Positions 26,005-36,649 are shown, counted from the first letter of the stretch. The stretch: DNA of 64,000 nucleotides from a virus (IMGVR_UViG_3300032295_003787:387-64386); one strand, 5' to 3'. Notes: generated by a model not told the origin, from the sequence alone. A program made the numbers and translations.

Positions 26005-26769
26005 ATGACAGCGATTACTTTCCCTTCTTCTCCATATGTAAACCAAATCTTTACTGTCGGCTCTAAGAGCTGGCAGTGGGACGGAGTTGTTTGGGCCTCC
26101 TATTACAACGAAGGCGCTGACGCTGTTTATGGAACTGGCGCAGATGGAGATGCTGTTCTAGACGGAAGCACAACTATTTTGGGCATGGCTCCATCCTCAA
26201 ATGTGTATTCGATGACACGTGATATTAATTTCAACGACCTGACAATAAACGCAGGCCGACGACTTGCTCCTAATGGTTATCGAATCTTTGTTAAAGGCAC
26301 ACTGAGATTTATGGGTGCAGACTCGACGATTGGGTTCAATACTGGGTACTCCACGGCTGGTTCAATAGCTCAGGGTGGCGGACTAATTAGCGTAGTGTCT
26401 CACTCACTTGGTGGTTCTGCAACTGGCTATGCAGCAACTGCTCCTCTAGCAGCGTTGGGCGGAGCTGAGTATTTCCAAATCCCACATCAAGCGATAACCG
26501 GTTATTCAATTACCGCGTCAGGTGGCCCAACATTTCTTCGAGGAGGCGCAGGCGGAGTTGGTCAGGTTGGCGGCGGAGTAGTTATAGTCGCTGCTCGCTA
26601 CATTGTTGGGCCAGCATCTGGAACCGCTTATATTAAGGCCCCCGCAACAGCACCTGCAGGCGGTGGGGTTGTTCTCGTAATTTCTTCCTCAGCCGCTCTT
26701 CCTGCAGGAATCTCTGTGGACGTATCTGGTCAAAACCCTGGTACTCACTACTACATGCAGCGAGTGTGA
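26005..26769 (+). CDS. Gly-rich virion protein
   Basis: AITFPSSP...WQWDG N-terminus; YGTGADGD...NGYRIFVKGTL; paralogous to the next gene. Confidence 0.6.
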   Translation: MTAITFPSSPYVNQIFTVGSKSWQWDGVVWASYYNEGADAVYGTGADGDAVLDGSTTILGMAPSSNVYSMTRDINFNDLTINAGRRLAPNGYRIFVKGTLRFMGADSTIGFNTGYSTAGSIAQGGGLISVVSHSLGGSATGYAATAPLAALGGAEYFQIPHQAITGYSITASGGPTFLRGGAGGVGQVGGGVVIVAARYIVGPASGTAYIKAPATAPAGGGVVLVISSSAALPAGISVDVSGQNPGTHYYMQRV

Positions 26770-26770
26770 T

Positions 26771-28120
26771 ATGCCTGTTTCAAGAATTGAACCGAGTGCA
26801 TCCCGTACTGGAAATGATGCTATCTACGGAACAGGAATGCATGGAGACGTCACGATTAGCGGAACAGTCACCCTTACGTCCGATAGGTATTACAACAATC
26901 TAAATGTCCCACTTGGCAACGTCTTGCTAACTAACGGTTTTCGTATTTTTGTTAAAGACACAGCAACAATAAATGGCGTAGTCGGAATTGGAGCGGTCAC
27001 CGGAAACACCCCTGGTTCCACTAACGGAACAATTTCTTCTCATGTCACCGCGTCTTCTACAGGAACGTTGGCTGGAAACATGTCTTCAGCTATTTCCTAT
27101 CGTCTAGGTGGACAAGGCGGAGGAGGAACGAGCCCTGGCGTTACGGTTTTGCCGGAGTTTTTGGTGAGAAGAGTTGAGTCCCTAACAGGTGTTTCGTTCG
27201 ATGCAACATTTGGACACATAACTCCAGTGATGATTGCCGGAGGTTCTGCTGGGACTACGGGCTCTACAGGAACTGCAGTTACTTCGTATACAAACGGCCC
27301 TGACTCACCAGGATTTACGAGCACGTGGCCCGGCAAAGCAGGAAGCGCAGGTTCTGCTGGAAGCAACGGAGCATGGCCTCCTAACGCAACATCCGTTGGC
27401 ACTCCAGGAGGACGTGGCGCTACGGGAAACACTGGAAGTGCTGGCTCCGCTCCAACCACACCAGTTGCTGCTTCTGGAGGCGCTGGGGGCGCGGGTGGCG
27501 CAGGCGGAGGAACTGTAGGGATAATCGCAAAACACATTGTTGGCACGGGGACGATTATGTCTATTGGCATGGTCGGTGCTGCTGGCTCGGTTGGAACTAC
27601 GTCCCCAGCTGGACCAAACGGCTCGACCGGTTCTACTGGAGCTGCTGCCCCTGGGTATACGGACCATCATCACCACTCGGCTGTGATTCACGAGCCCCAC
27701 ACTTCACATAATCACTCTGCGACTATTCACGAACCGCACACACACGGCGGGCACCATCACTTTGGCGGAGACAAATACACCCCGGCCTACCACGCGCAGC
27801 ACACTCACAACCATTCGGCTGTGATTCACGCTCCACATACTTCACATAACCATTCTGCGACTATTCATGCTCCCTGCTGTACTCCTGGCCCACACTACGC
27901 CGGTGGAGCGGGTGGAGCTGGTGGAGCAGGAGGAACAGGCTCTCCTGCGGCTACCGGAGGCACCGGTAAAAGGGGCGGCGCAGGTGGCGGAGGCGCAATT
28001 ATCATAATTACAGAACAGACCCCAAGTGGGTTAAACTATGATGTTCGTGCAGGAACGACCGCGGAGGCGGATACTTTTTCTGCATCCAATGGCTCAACAT
28101 ACATAATACTTAACCAATAG
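26771..28120 (+). CDS. Gly-rich virion protein with His-rich repeat insert
   Basis: YGTGMHGD...NGFRIFVKDT; polyglycine segments flank a 24-His insert. Confidence 0.7.
   Translation: MPVSRIEPSASRTGNDAIYGTGMHGDVTISGTVTLTSDRYYNNLNVPLGNVLLTNGFRIFVKDTATINGVVGIGAVTGNTPGSTNGTISSHVTASSTGTLAGNMSSAISYRLGGQGGGGTSPGVTVLPEFLVRRVESLTGVSFDATFGHITPVMIAGGSAGTTGSTGTAVTSYTNGPDSPGFTSTWPGKAGSAGSAGSNGAWPPNATSVGTPGGRGATGNTGSAGSAPTTPVAASGGAGGAGGAGGGTVGIIAKHIVGTGTIMSIGMVGAAGSVGTTSPAGPNGSTGSTGAAAPGYTDHHHHSAVIHEPHTSHNHSATIHEPHTHGGHHHFGGDKYTPAYHAQHTHNHSAVIHAPHTSHNHSATIHAPCCTPGPHYAGGAGGAGGAGGTGSPAATGGTGKRGGAGGGGAIIIITEQTPSGLNYDVRAGTTAEADTFSASNGSTYIILNQ
27662..27898 (+). repeat. His-rich tandem peptide repeats HxHSA[VT]IH[EA]P (x4)
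   Basis: DHHHHSAVIHEPHTSHNHSATIHEPHTHGGHHHF...HTHNHSAVIHAPHTSHNHSATIHAPCC. Confidence 0.9.
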
Positions 28121-28129
28121 GAGAAAAAT

Positions 28130-28363
28130 ATGGGAATATTTGACGGAATCAGCACTGCAGACAAGATAAGACTGCTTAGCCTGGAAATAAGCAACTCGCA
28201 GATAGGCCTTTACTCTATTTTAATACAGATAGGTATTGACCCTGAGGAGTTTGATGATGCTTCATGGGACAAGCCACTAAACATGGAAACCCCAACAGGA
28301 AGAGTTAGACACTATATCGACCTGATTGAATCCTTGAAAGCTAAAAAAGCAGAATTGGAATAA
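28130..28363 (+). CDS. Hypothetical protein
   Basis: 77-aa ORF with GGAG RBS. Confidence 0.55.
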   Translation: MGIFDGISTADKIRLLSLEISNSQIGLYSILIQIGIDPEEFDDASWDKPLNMETPTGRVRHYIDLIESLKAKKAELE

Positions 28364-28752
28364 TGGACAGATATATCTCTATTCCCAAAAATCTTGTCGT
28401 AGACGAATTGATACCCGAGGAAGCAATTATTCTGGCAAGAACTTTTTCTCTCGAAACTAGAGTAGAAGAAGCGGCAACTGAAATACAGATAGTTTCAGAG
28501 CCTAGGATTAGAGATATTTCATACTCCGAAAACTATGTTCCGGGAAGAATATGGTCGCTAGATATCCACGATGAATTTACAGATATGTCCACTAGCTGTT
28601 TTTTAAAAATTGATGAGGAAATCTTTTATCCCAAAATAAACGAAAAACATATTGTTAAATTTAGAATTCGGCACAAAGGCTGCTCAGAAAAACAATTCTA
28701 TGTTTACGTTAATAAAAAAGAATATTTTTCTAACAGCATTCACGAAAAGTAA
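28363..28752 (+). CDS. Hypothetical protein
   Basis: 129-aa ORF with TAATG coupling. Confidence 0.5.
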   Translation: MDRYISIPKNLVVDELIPEEAIILARTFSLETRVEEAATEIQIVSEPRIRDISYSENYVPGRIWSLDIHDEFTDMSTSCFLKIDEEIFYPKINEKHIVKFRIRHKGCSEKQFYVYVNKKEYFSNSIHEK

Positions 28753-28757
28753 AAAAA

Positions 28758-29324
28758 ATGGAAATCATGCAACCAGCAGTATGCATAAATGTGTACAAAA
28801 AAGCCATAGACGCTGCTCCATTCATGAATGACGTCAATTCTGAAATCAACAATCAGTGGTCAGATATTCAGTGGACCAATTCTCTGGTTGGCAGTGGAAT
28901 TACAAATAATTACAGAACCTCTTCCGAAGCAAATATAAGCGGACTTTTATCTTCCGATTCCCTTGCTGCACAGAAATTTCAGAAGATTTCCAGTCTCATT
29001 ATTGATGAAATACTGCCGGATTACAGGGAAGAGCACTTAGTTGTTACTTCAGGATACGAAGGGTGGAGACTTCTTAAGTACTCGGGAGGAGGGGAATATC
29101 ACTCCCATTACGACCATTCTCCTGCAAACAGCAGAATAGTTAGCCTTGTTGCTTTTTTGGAAGAGCCCGAAGCTGGCGGAGAATTAGAGTTCCCATTTTT
29201 CGGAGTAAAGATAAAGCCAGAGGCTGGCGATGTTGTTCTTTTCCCATCCAATTTTCCGTACGTCCATATAGCTCACCCAGTAACGTCCGGAACAAAGTGT
29301 AGTCTTGTGACATGGTTTCAGTAA
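28758..29324 (+). CDS. 2OG-Fe(II) oxygenase, prolyl-4-hydroxylase-like
   Basis: HYD...H facial triad (HSHYD, YVHIAHPV), GGELEF and KCSLVTW. Confidence 0.9.
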   Translation: MEIMQPAVCINVYKKAIDAAPFMNDVNSEINNQWSDIQWTNSLVGSGITNNYRTSSEANISGLLSSDSLAAQKFQKISSLIIDEILPDYREEHLVVTSGYEGWRLLKYSGGGEYHSHYDHSPANSRIVSLVAFLEEPEAGGELEFPFFGVKIKPEAGDVVLFPSNFPYVHIAHPVTSGTKCSLVTWFQ

Positions 29325-30439
29325 GACCCATTTCCGAGCTAACAGTTGCACCTGATGGGTGTTTTGCCTTTGTTGGCCCATGTTCGAGCTTGACAATCAA
29401 ATATAAACACCCCGAAGGATTTGGGGAAAGACAAGACTTTGAAGCATTTGCTCATCCTGCCGGAACAATAATAAGAATTGAAAAAATGTACTTAGAGCAA
29501 ACCAGTACATGGGGACTGACCGCTGTTCTTGACACTGGTGAGGAATATGTTCTTCACTTACCTTCATATGAAGAAAACTATGATTTTTGGGAAAATAGAC
29601 CACTTAGAGCTCATGAATTTTTAGGGTTTTTAAATTCTGTAGAAATGGTAGATAGGCCAAATACAAAATGGCCTGTTCCTGTAGGCGAAAGATGTGACAG
29701 GAACATGTATGGTCCGCGGATGCATGATGTTACTGATGGAATAAAACCAACACCCATGGATTACTCCCTGCTCTCAGGCCTTTCTCTTCTTCCAATGATA
29801 AACATAAACGGCGTATCTCACATCACTTCGCAATACATACACGGAATAGACATGTCTTGGAGAAACTGGCCTTGTGTGACTTTGGCTGCAAAAACTCTTT
29901 CTGGAATGCTCCGGCAGTTGTGCGAGTGGCAAGACCTTTATTTAGCAGAATTAACCTCAGAATACTACGCAGAAAAAGCTCATTTATTTATTGATGCGCT
30001 AGGTATCACTGAAGAAATGATTCAAGAACTAAAAGAATCAGAAGTCATAATGCCGACAGAAAGATTCATGAGGGGGTATGGAAATCCTCGTCACGGGTTT
30101 GTTGAAACAGGGAATTTGCCTTTATCCATAAAAAACCACCTCAAGAAACAACTTTTTTACAACACTTTATCTTCTTTGGAAGCTCAACATCCTGTTCACC
30201 CAGAGATAGAGCAAGGCTTAAAAACAAAAGAAAAAGAAATGAATCAAAACAATATTGTTTTTTATGTGAACGAAATAATACCAACAACTCCATTAAGTGA
30301 AATTACAACTCAAGATATATACGATTCTCACTTCTCGCAAGGAAAATACAAAAGCTTGGGTATTGTCCGTTTTAGTCATCAAACACAGACCATACGTAAC
30401 GGTTTTAAAGCAGCGAGGTTTTTTGATGCAACATCCTAA
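29312..30439 (+). CDS. Hypothetical protein
   Basis: 375-aa ORF between the oxygenase and the halogenase. Confidence 0.55.
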   Translation: MVSVRPISELTVAPDGCFAFVGPCSSLTIKYKHPEGFGERQDFEAFAHPAGTIIRIEKMYLEQTSTWGLTAVLDTGEEYVLHLPSYEENYDFWENRPLRAHEFLGFLNSVEMVDRPNTKWPVPVGERCDRNMYGPRMHDVTDGIKPTPMDYSLLSGLSLLPMININGVSHITSQYIHGIDMSWRNWPCVTLAAKTLSGMLRQLCEWQDLYLAELTSEYYAEKAHLFIDALGITEEMIQELKESEVIMPTERFMRGYGNPRHGFVETGNLPLSIKNHLKKQLFYNTLSSLEAQHPVHPEIEQGLKTKEKEMNQNNIVFYVNEIIPTTPLSEITTQDIYDSHFSQGKYKSLGIVRFSHQTQTIRNGFKAARFFDATS

Positions 30440-31907
30440 TCAGATAAGTTTTTGTGTTGTTGGTTCTGGTACAGCTGGACTTATTACATCCATAGTTTTA
30501 AGACAATCTTTTCCGAATGCCGAGATAACAAATATCTCCTCTAGCAAGATTGGCATTGTTGGTGTAGGCGAAGGCAGTACAGAGCACTGGAAAATGTTTA
30601 TGGAACGCTGCGACATTGGTGTCGATGAGCTAATAAAGAACACCGGCGCAACACACAAGTACGGAATACGTTTTGAAAACTGGACAGACAAAATTCCCGA
30701 CTATTTCCACAGTGTTGCGGGAATGGAAGAAATTGAAGCCTGGGGACTTATTGGCGAATACTTAAGCTTTATAGAAAACGAAAAAATGCTTACGACCCAA
30801 ACCGGCTCCATAGGCTTGGTTCAGGACAAAATAATCAAAGAGCATCTACACAACAACACAAACCAATATCACTTTGATACGTTTATGCTTAACGATTTCT
30901 TAACAGGTATCTGTTTCAAGAGAATGGTTAAGTTTGTCGATGATGAAATAGGCTCACTAAACTTGGACACTAATGGCAACATAGAGTCGGCCACCTTGGT
31001 GTCCGGGATGACACTTGCCGCTGACATGTGGATAGATGCAACTGGGTTCAAGCGAGAGCTAATGGGCATGCTTGACAACAAGAGTTGGAAGTCTTTTTCT
31101 GATGAGCTAATTGTTGACTCGGCTATTGCATTTCCTACAGAGGCAGACCCCAACGGGAAAATTAGGCCCTACACGCGCGCAAGGGCAGCGTCATCTGGAT
31201 GGATGTGGGAAATTCCAACCCAAAGCCGTAGAGGAAATGGATACGTATATTCTTCCGCTCACCTGTCTGATGACCAAGCAGTTGAAGAAGCTAGAAAAAT
31301 TTCTGGATACCACATAGAGCCAGCGCGTTCATTCAGGTTTGACCCTGGTTACTACTCTGAGCAATGGAAGGCAAACTGCGTATGTGTTGGTCTCGCTTCA
31401 TCGTTTGTTGAACCACTAGAAGCTACGAGCATTGGCAGCACTATAATCCAGGCTATGCACATAGCTCATTACTCTTCATCTTTTGTGCCAGGCGCAAACA
31501 AGCTGGTAGCAAGCTACAACAGCAAGATGGAGTCGATGATGCTTAATATAAGAGACATGATTCGACTTCACTACATGTCAGACAGAACAGACACCGATTT
31601 CTGGAAAGACACTGCCTCTGCTCCAGTATCTGATTCGTTGCAAAACATTATCGACCTGTGGTCAGAAAAATCCCCAGGTCACCTGGACATGCCATACAGC
31701 AACAATCTCATGTTCTTGACTAGGCATTTTGTTCATGTTGCTCAAGGGCAAGGATTGATAAATTCTTCCCCTAGCTCACTAGCTATGGACAGATTCAATA
31801 TACGCAGCGTCGTTGAGAAAAAGTCTGATAACGCCAGAACTGCACGATACTCAAGAGAGCTTGTTGACCACAAGCAGGCTCTGATGGAGACAGTTAATGA
31901 AGATTAA
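30426..31907 (+). CDS. Flavin-dependent (tryptophan halogenase family) halogenase
   Basis: GSGTAG FAD motif, VGEGS, ATHKYGIRF (catalytic Lys position), GWMWEIP and FVEPLEATSI. Confidence 0.9.
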   Translation: MQHPNQISFCVVGSGTAGLITSIVLRQSFPNAEITNISSSKIGIVGVGEGSTEHWKMFMERCDIGVDELIKNTGATHKYGIRFENWTDKIPDYFHSVAGMEEIEAWGLIGEYLSFIENEKMLTTQTGSIGLVQDKIIKEHLHNNTNQYHFDTFMLNDFLTGICFKRMVKFVDDEIGSLNLDTNGNIESATLVSGMTLAADMWIDATGFKRELMGMLDNKSWKSFSDELIVDSAIAFPTEADPNGKIRPYTRARAASSGWMWEIPTQSRRGNGYVYSSAHLSDDQAVEEARKISGYHIEPARSFRFDPGYYSEQWKANCVCVGLASSFVEPLEATSIGSTIIQAMHIAHYSSSFVPGANKLVASYNSKMESMMLNIRDMIRLHYMSDRTDTDFWKDTASAPVSDSLQNIIDLWSEKSPGHLDMPYSNNLMFLTRHFVHVAQGQGLINSSPSSLAMDRFNIRSVVEKKSDNARTARYSRELVDHKQALMETVNED

Positions 31908-32682
31908 CGGATTTAACATTAATAAGCTTAAAAAAGTTAAACCTGGACATCTTAGAATTACAACGGTAGACAACAGGTTTTATAACGACGCTCCTTATAT
32001 AAATTCTAAAACAAGCCTCCCTAGTTGGTTTAGAAGGATTCACAAAGGACCGGGTTCTATTCGTTCGTGTTCAGGAATATCTGATTTTTTAGAATTTGGT
32101 GTAACAATTCGAGCCTGGACTACTTTTAGATTTAAGCCGAACGTAAGCGCCGGAGTATGGGAAATTTCTGCCGACGAGTTTAATCCGGCTGTTCAACACC
32201 CTATGGCTGGCGGCTTTCACTTTGCTCAAACAGGCTCGTGCCCAATGACAGAATCCAGAAAAATAGAGAAGATGTCCTATCCAAAACTTTTGACACCATG
32301 GAGAATACAAACCGCCCCAGGATGGTCGTGTCTGTTCATCCCCACATTTTACGAAGAAAACGAAAACTACTCGGTTCTCCCCTCGATAGTAAATACGGAC
32401 TTCTATCAGGTGGCGAACGTTGTGCTAAATGTGAAAACCGATTCTGAATTCGTGATTAAGCAAGGCACTCCCCTGGTGCATCTAATCCCGGTGCAGAGAA
32501 AAAACGACATACGTAAAATAGAATATGTCGACGAGTCGTTCTTTAAATATGCTTCTACGAATATGTATATGACTGGCGGAACCGTTCCATCAAACGGTGG
32601 GTCTGGTGTTGCGTACCGAAAGGCCTCAAAGTTTGTCGACTCCTCTCTTGAGAAGAAAAAGGGATGGTTTAAGCGTGACTGA
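31897..32682 (+). CDS. Conserved phage hypothetical protein (possible dUTPase-like/DUF6065-like fold)
   Basis: PWRIQTAPGWSCLF, VLPSIVNTD and IKQGTPLVHLIP pattern seen in phage oxygenase islands. Confidence 0.5.
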   Translation: MKINGFNINKLKKVKPGHLRITTVDNRFYNDAPYINSKTSLPSWFRRIHKGPGSIRSCSGISDFLEFGVTIRAWTTFRFKPNVSAGVWEISADEFNPAVQHPMAGGFHFAQTGSCPMTESRKIEKMSYPKLLTPWRIQTAPGWSCLFIPTFYEENENYSVLPSIVNTDFYQVANVVLNVKTDSEFVIKQGTPLVHLIPVQRKNDIRKIEYVDESFFKYASTNMYMTGGTVPSNGGSGVAYRKASKFVDSSLEKKKGWFKRD

Positions 32683-32869
32683 GGACACTTACACCTTCCA
32701 GGCAGACAACTATAGGTACAGAACCGACAACAAGTACTTCCCCAACACGGAAGAGGGCTGGAAAGAGTTCTTGTGGAAAGTTCATTTTCTTGGCGGAAAG
32801 TCCATGGTTCTTCTTTGGCACCTTGACCAGCTTGAGCGGAAAAGGATAAAAGATGAACAAGATTCTTAA
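32675..32869 (+). CDS. Hypothetical protein
   Basis: GTG start overlapping the previous gene end; fills the operon gap. Confidence 0.4.
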   Translation: MTEDTYTFQADNYRYRTDNKYFPNTEEGWKEFLWKVHFLGGKSMVLLWHLDQLERKRIKDEQDS

Positions 32870-33134
32870 TGCTGTAAAAACGATGAGCTCAAAGAGCTAC
32901 TGGAACCGCGTCAATACGGTCGAGGCTTGGGGGTTTGCAACCAAGATTGCCATCATCTTCCCCGGTCTTCTTTTCGGCAAGCAGTTCTGGTGGCTATACA
33001 TATTTGCCATCATTTCGAGCGTGGCCCTTATCTGGACATCGACCCGCAAGACACTGCCAACAATCATTCTGTTTAATGTGATGTGGGTAATATTAGCCAG
33101 TCTTTCCATATTAAAACATTTCTGGTGGAGTTGA
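32853..33134 (+). CDS. Small multi-pass membrane protein
   Basis: About three hydrophobic helices. Confidence 0.55.
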   Translation: MNKILNAVKTMSSKSYWNRVNTVEAWGFATKIAIIFPGLLFGKQFWWLYIFAIISSVALIWTSTRKTLPTIILFNVMWVILASLSILKHFWWS

Positions 33135-33208
33135 CGGCCTCTCATTCTTCCTTAAAAGCGGGCAAAAATCTGTCATAATTGCTTCAGCTATTAATAAATA
33201 GGAGCAAA

Positions 33209-33919
33209 ATGTCTGGAATTATCGCACCATCAATCGTTACATATGAATACACGGTTGGAAGCCTTAATAACTCGTTTATTAACGTGTCCTTCCCTTTCAA
33301 AGTTAAAATTGAAAGTATCTGGTTTACTGCAGATAGAAGAATGCTCAACGGAACATTTGACGGTGATTTGTTTGAGGACGCTGGAAGAACATTGATACTT
33401 TCGGCGCAAAAGTCTAAGTCTCCTCGTATTGTTCTTTCTAATATCGACACTCCAACAGACTGGGCACCATTCTTTGGATATGACGACCCAGAAGACCAGA
33501 CAGACCCCGTTTACGGCAGTAATGAGTTTAAGCCAACAATTTGGTTGGGCCTTCCAGAGGATGCACCTGTTGGCACTTACAAAGATGCAACAACGCAATA
33601 CATTAATAACTACTATGACAATTCGGTGTCATTCCGTTCGTCAACTGGTTATGCACCAGAACTAAATGACGCTCACAACCCATACTGGGGAAACAATGGC
33701 TGGAGCAGCGGTCAATTTGCTGCCAACAAGTACAAGACAAACATGGCCATTCTTAACCCAGATGAAATCCTAAACATGTTTGTATACAGCAATGATGGCG
33801 ACTGGACAGACTATGACGGAGAAGCAACCGTGACAATCCATGTTGCATATACAGGCGTTTCTGAGACTGTAGAAAAAGAAGACCCCAAGACCCCTTGGGC
33901 AGCATGGTGGAATGACTAA
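33209..33919 (+). CDS. Hypothetical protein
   Basis: GGAG RBS, ATG at 33209; aromatic/acidic-rich. Confidence 0.55.
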   Translation: MSGIIAPSIVTYEYTVGSLNNSFINVSFPFKVKIESIWFTADRRMLNGTFDGDLFEDAGRTLILSAQKSKSPRIVLSNIDTPTDWAPFFGYDDPEDQTDPVYGSNEFKPTIWLGLPEDAPVGTYKDATTQYINNYYDNSVSFRSSTGYAPELNDAHNPYWGNNGWSSGQFAANKYKTNMAILNPDEILNMFVYSNDGDWTDYDGEATVTIHVAYTGVSETVEKEDPKTPWAAWWND

Positions 33920-33928
33920 TCTTGCCGT

Positions 33929-34576
33929 ATGGCAAAATTCCCTTCAACATACGCTTTAGACACTGGTAAAAAACTCAGCGACCGCTTCTTTGACATTCGC
34001 TGGCTTTCGTCCGGAATGGATGCACACCCTAAAAGGTGGTATACCGCTGGCGAAGAGCTACCGAGTGATGACCCAGCCGAGTGGGGATGGGCAGAGGTTG
34101 ATTCTGAAGGCCGTTTAGTAGTCAAGTACTACCGTGAAGAAGTTTTTGGGCCAGAAGACGAAATGGTCAAAATGTGGTTTGTTCTTCTTGATGGGAGACA
34201 CCTTCAGCCAGCACACTTAATATTGCTTGGTTATGCGGACAACAGATACCCATGGGGGACCGTGCTAGATGGCTCAGAAGCGTCTCGAGTTCTTGAGAAA
34301 GAGTACATGTCCTCATGGGCCGGGATGATTAATTGGCGTGCCGGAGACCCAATGATTCAGCAAGTTACAACTTCTCCAAACTGGCGACGCAAGAGGATTT
34401 CAGTCATGATGTTTGGCGTTTGTGATGTTGTGAACGCATGTTATGGGTTTAGTCCTGGCAAAGTCATTCATGGCGGAGCAGTTACCACTACGGACGGTGA
34501 AAAGCTGAGAGATATATACCCTGGTGGCAGCACCCGAATAGATTCTCGTATCGGTTCAGTGGATACAAACACATAA
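33929..34576 (+). CDS. GNAT-like acetyltransferase
   Basis: IQQVTTSPNWRRKRISVMM resembles GNAT motif A; TTDG follows. Confidence 0.5.
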   Translation: MAKFPSTYALDTGKKLSDRFFDIRWLSSGMDAHPKRWYTAGEELPSDDPAEWGWAEVDSEGRLVVKYYREEVFGPEDEMVKMWFVLLDGRHLQPAHLILLGYADNRYPWGTVLDGSEASRVLEKEYMSSWAGMINWRAGDPMIQQVTTSPNWRRKRISVMMFGVCDVVNACYGFSPGKVIHGGAVTTTDGEKLRDIYPGGSTRIDSRIGSVDTNT

Positions 34577-34601
34577 GTCGTCCTAATGTATAATTAGCCC
34601 C

Positions 34602-35078
34602 ATGGCCATTGATTTTCCAGACTCACCAGACGAGAACGAAGACTTTACAGTTGATGGGAAAACGTGGACTTTTAGCGATGGCAAGTGGGCTTTAAATGTT
34701 AGTGCTGTAGGAGTCCAAGGTGTAGAAGGACCAACCGGACCGGCGGGAGCAACTGGCCCAGCGGGAACATGGGCTACCACTCAGGAAATAAACGGACAGA
34801 CCGGAACTTCATACAGCCTTGTTTCTGGTGATTTAGGTAAGATGGTTATGCTTAACAATTCATCTGCGGTCACCGTAACAGTTGGTACATCTCTTGGTCT
34901 TGTTGCTGGTCAAAGCATTGACTTTCTAAGTATGGGAACAGGCCAAGTAACCATCAGCGCAGGTGGGGCAACACTCAACGGAACACCAGGACTCAAGCTT
35001 CGCACACGCTATTCTTCTGCGACTCTTTTTTGTGTAGGAGAAAACAGCTACGTTCTTATTGGCGACCTGGGTGCTTAA
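34602..35078 (+). CDS. Virion/fibre-associated protein with short collagen tract
   Basis: MAIDFPDSP...WTF N-terminus, [15 protein letters not shown]...LRTRYSSATL...LIGDL. Confidence 0.6.
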   Translation: MAIDFPDSPDENEDFTVDGKTWTFSDGKWALNVSAVGVQGVEGPTGPAGATGPAGTWATTQEINGQTGTSYSLVSGDLGKMVMLNNSSAVTVTVGTSLGLVAGQSIDFLSMGTGQVTISAGGATLNGTPGLKLRTRYSSATLFCVGENSYVLIGDLGA

Positions 35079-36628
35079 TGTCCATTCGCAGAGGAACAGT
35101 AGCAAGTAGCGTTTTTTTTACAGAGCCGGGTGCGCCCACTTCTGTATCAGGAACAGCAGGAAATGCTCAAGTATCTCTTTCATGGACGGCACCAGAATTT
35201 ACCGGGTTTACCAGTATCACGGATTATGTAATCCAGTACTCAACTTCTTCGACTTTTGCCTCATCTGTAACAACATTTACTGACTCGGTTTCCTCGAACA
35301 CTTCAGCTACTGTTACTGGCTTAACTAACGGAACAACATATTATTTTAGAGTTGCTGCGGTAAACACAATAGGGCCCGGACAGTACTCGTCCATATCTTC
35401 GGCGGTAACCCCAATAACAGTCCCTAGTGCTGTCACCAGTCTTTCAGCGTCTGCTTCTGATAGAACAATATCGGCAACATGGTCTGCACCCACAAGCGAC
35501 GGTGGCTCGACCATAACCTCATACACAGTGGAAACACAGCTTAATAGCGAGGAATGGGTTAATCGTGGCTCACAGTCAAGTGGGGTTTCTTTTACTGTTA
35601 GAAACAACTCTGCAGCAACCGCTCGTTCGTACAAGATAAGAGTGACAGCAAATAACGCTGCAGGAGCCAGTACTGTTGCGACCTCGTCGTCGGTTACGCC
35701 AAACTTTGGCACCCCTGCTACTCCGACGCTTGCAGCGATTACTCCCACTCAACCCTCATCGGGCAATGGGTCTGGAGCTCGACAGTTTTCAGTAACTTAC
35801 AACCCTCTTGCATGCAGTGGCTTTTCCAACACGGAAACATATATAAAACTTTCTGGCTACGCATATAGCTACAACGCAAATGATGCTTATCTAAATACAA
35901 CAAACTCTGCAGCTGGAAAAACGTGGACAATTAGCACTCTTTATTCAGCGTCGTGGGGTTTCTATAGGACGCTGTTAGCTAGCGAGACATATTTAGTATT
36001 TACAAGAACCTGGAATACCGACGGTGACTATGTAGACAGCGCCGAAGCGTCTGTGACAACAACAGCAACACAGTCTTACAGCGTTGTTGTCGACACGTCG
36101 TATTTCGTAACCGTCGACACGAGCGGTTGGCAGGCCGAACAGGCATGGAATACAGAAACTGGAAACTTTGACGTTACCGGAAACTCTTTTACGCAAACAT
36201 CAAACTTTTCGATTCCTGGTACAAACGACAACTCAGGAACACAGTACAAAATCAACAGCATCGGTATTCGCGCAAGAACCCGTTCCTCAGGAACAACTAT
36301 ATGTACCTCATCTAGATTTTTTAGAGTTGACTTTTCAGGAACATCAACTAGCGCCGGTACTGGTGGAGGAACGACTAGTGGACTTCAGGCTCCATGGAGT
36401 ACAAACGCAGGAACGACATTCAGGCAGGACACAAGAGCATGGAGCGTTGGTTATGCGTTTCCCGGAGCTGGAAGAATAAGGGTTAGAGGAGATGGCTCTA
36501 TTGGAACTTGGGCCACAAACCAAATTATTGATGTTGTTGTTGAAATATACGGCAATAGCCGGACATGGCAAACAAGCAGCAGACAAGACTATGTTCCAGC
36601 ATCCAGAACCGACACCTACACCTATTAA
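35078..36628 (+). CDS. Fibronectin type III repeat virion protein
   Basis: PGAPTSVSGTAGNAQVSLSWTAP and GLTNGTTYYFRVAAVN FN3 repeats. Confidence 0.8.
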   Translation: MSIRRGTVASSVFFTEPGAPTSVSGTAGNAQVSLSWTAPEFTGFTSITDYVIQYSTSSTFASSVTTFTDSVSSNTSATVTGLTNGTTYYFRVAAVNTIGPGQYSSISSAVTPITVPSAVTSLSASASDRTISATWSAPTSDGGSTITSYTVETQLNSEEWVNRGSQSSGVSFTVRNNSAATARSYKIRVTANNAAGASTVATSSSVTPNFGTPATPTLAAITPTQPSSGNGSGARQFSVTYNPLACSGFSNTETYIKLSGYAYSYNANDAYLNTTNSAAGKTWTISTLYSASWGFYRTLLASETYLVFTRTWNTDGDYVDSAEASVTTTATQSYSVVVDTSYFVTVDTSGWQAEQAWNTETGNFDVTGNSFTQTSNFSIPGTNDNSGTQYKINSIGIRARTRSSGTTICTSSRFFRVDFSGTSTSAGTGGGTTSGLQAPWSTNAGTTFRQDTRAWSVGYAFPGAGRIRVRGDGSIGTWATNQIIDVVVEIYGNSRTWQTSSRQDYVPASRTDTYTY

Positions 36629-36649
36629 AAACATTGCTAGGATTGCCGC

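Noticed and set aside
27672-27873. His-repeat duplication as a DGR template/variable repeat pair
   Set aside because: Differences are not adenine-specific, both copies are in one reading frame, and no reverse transcriptase is in the window.
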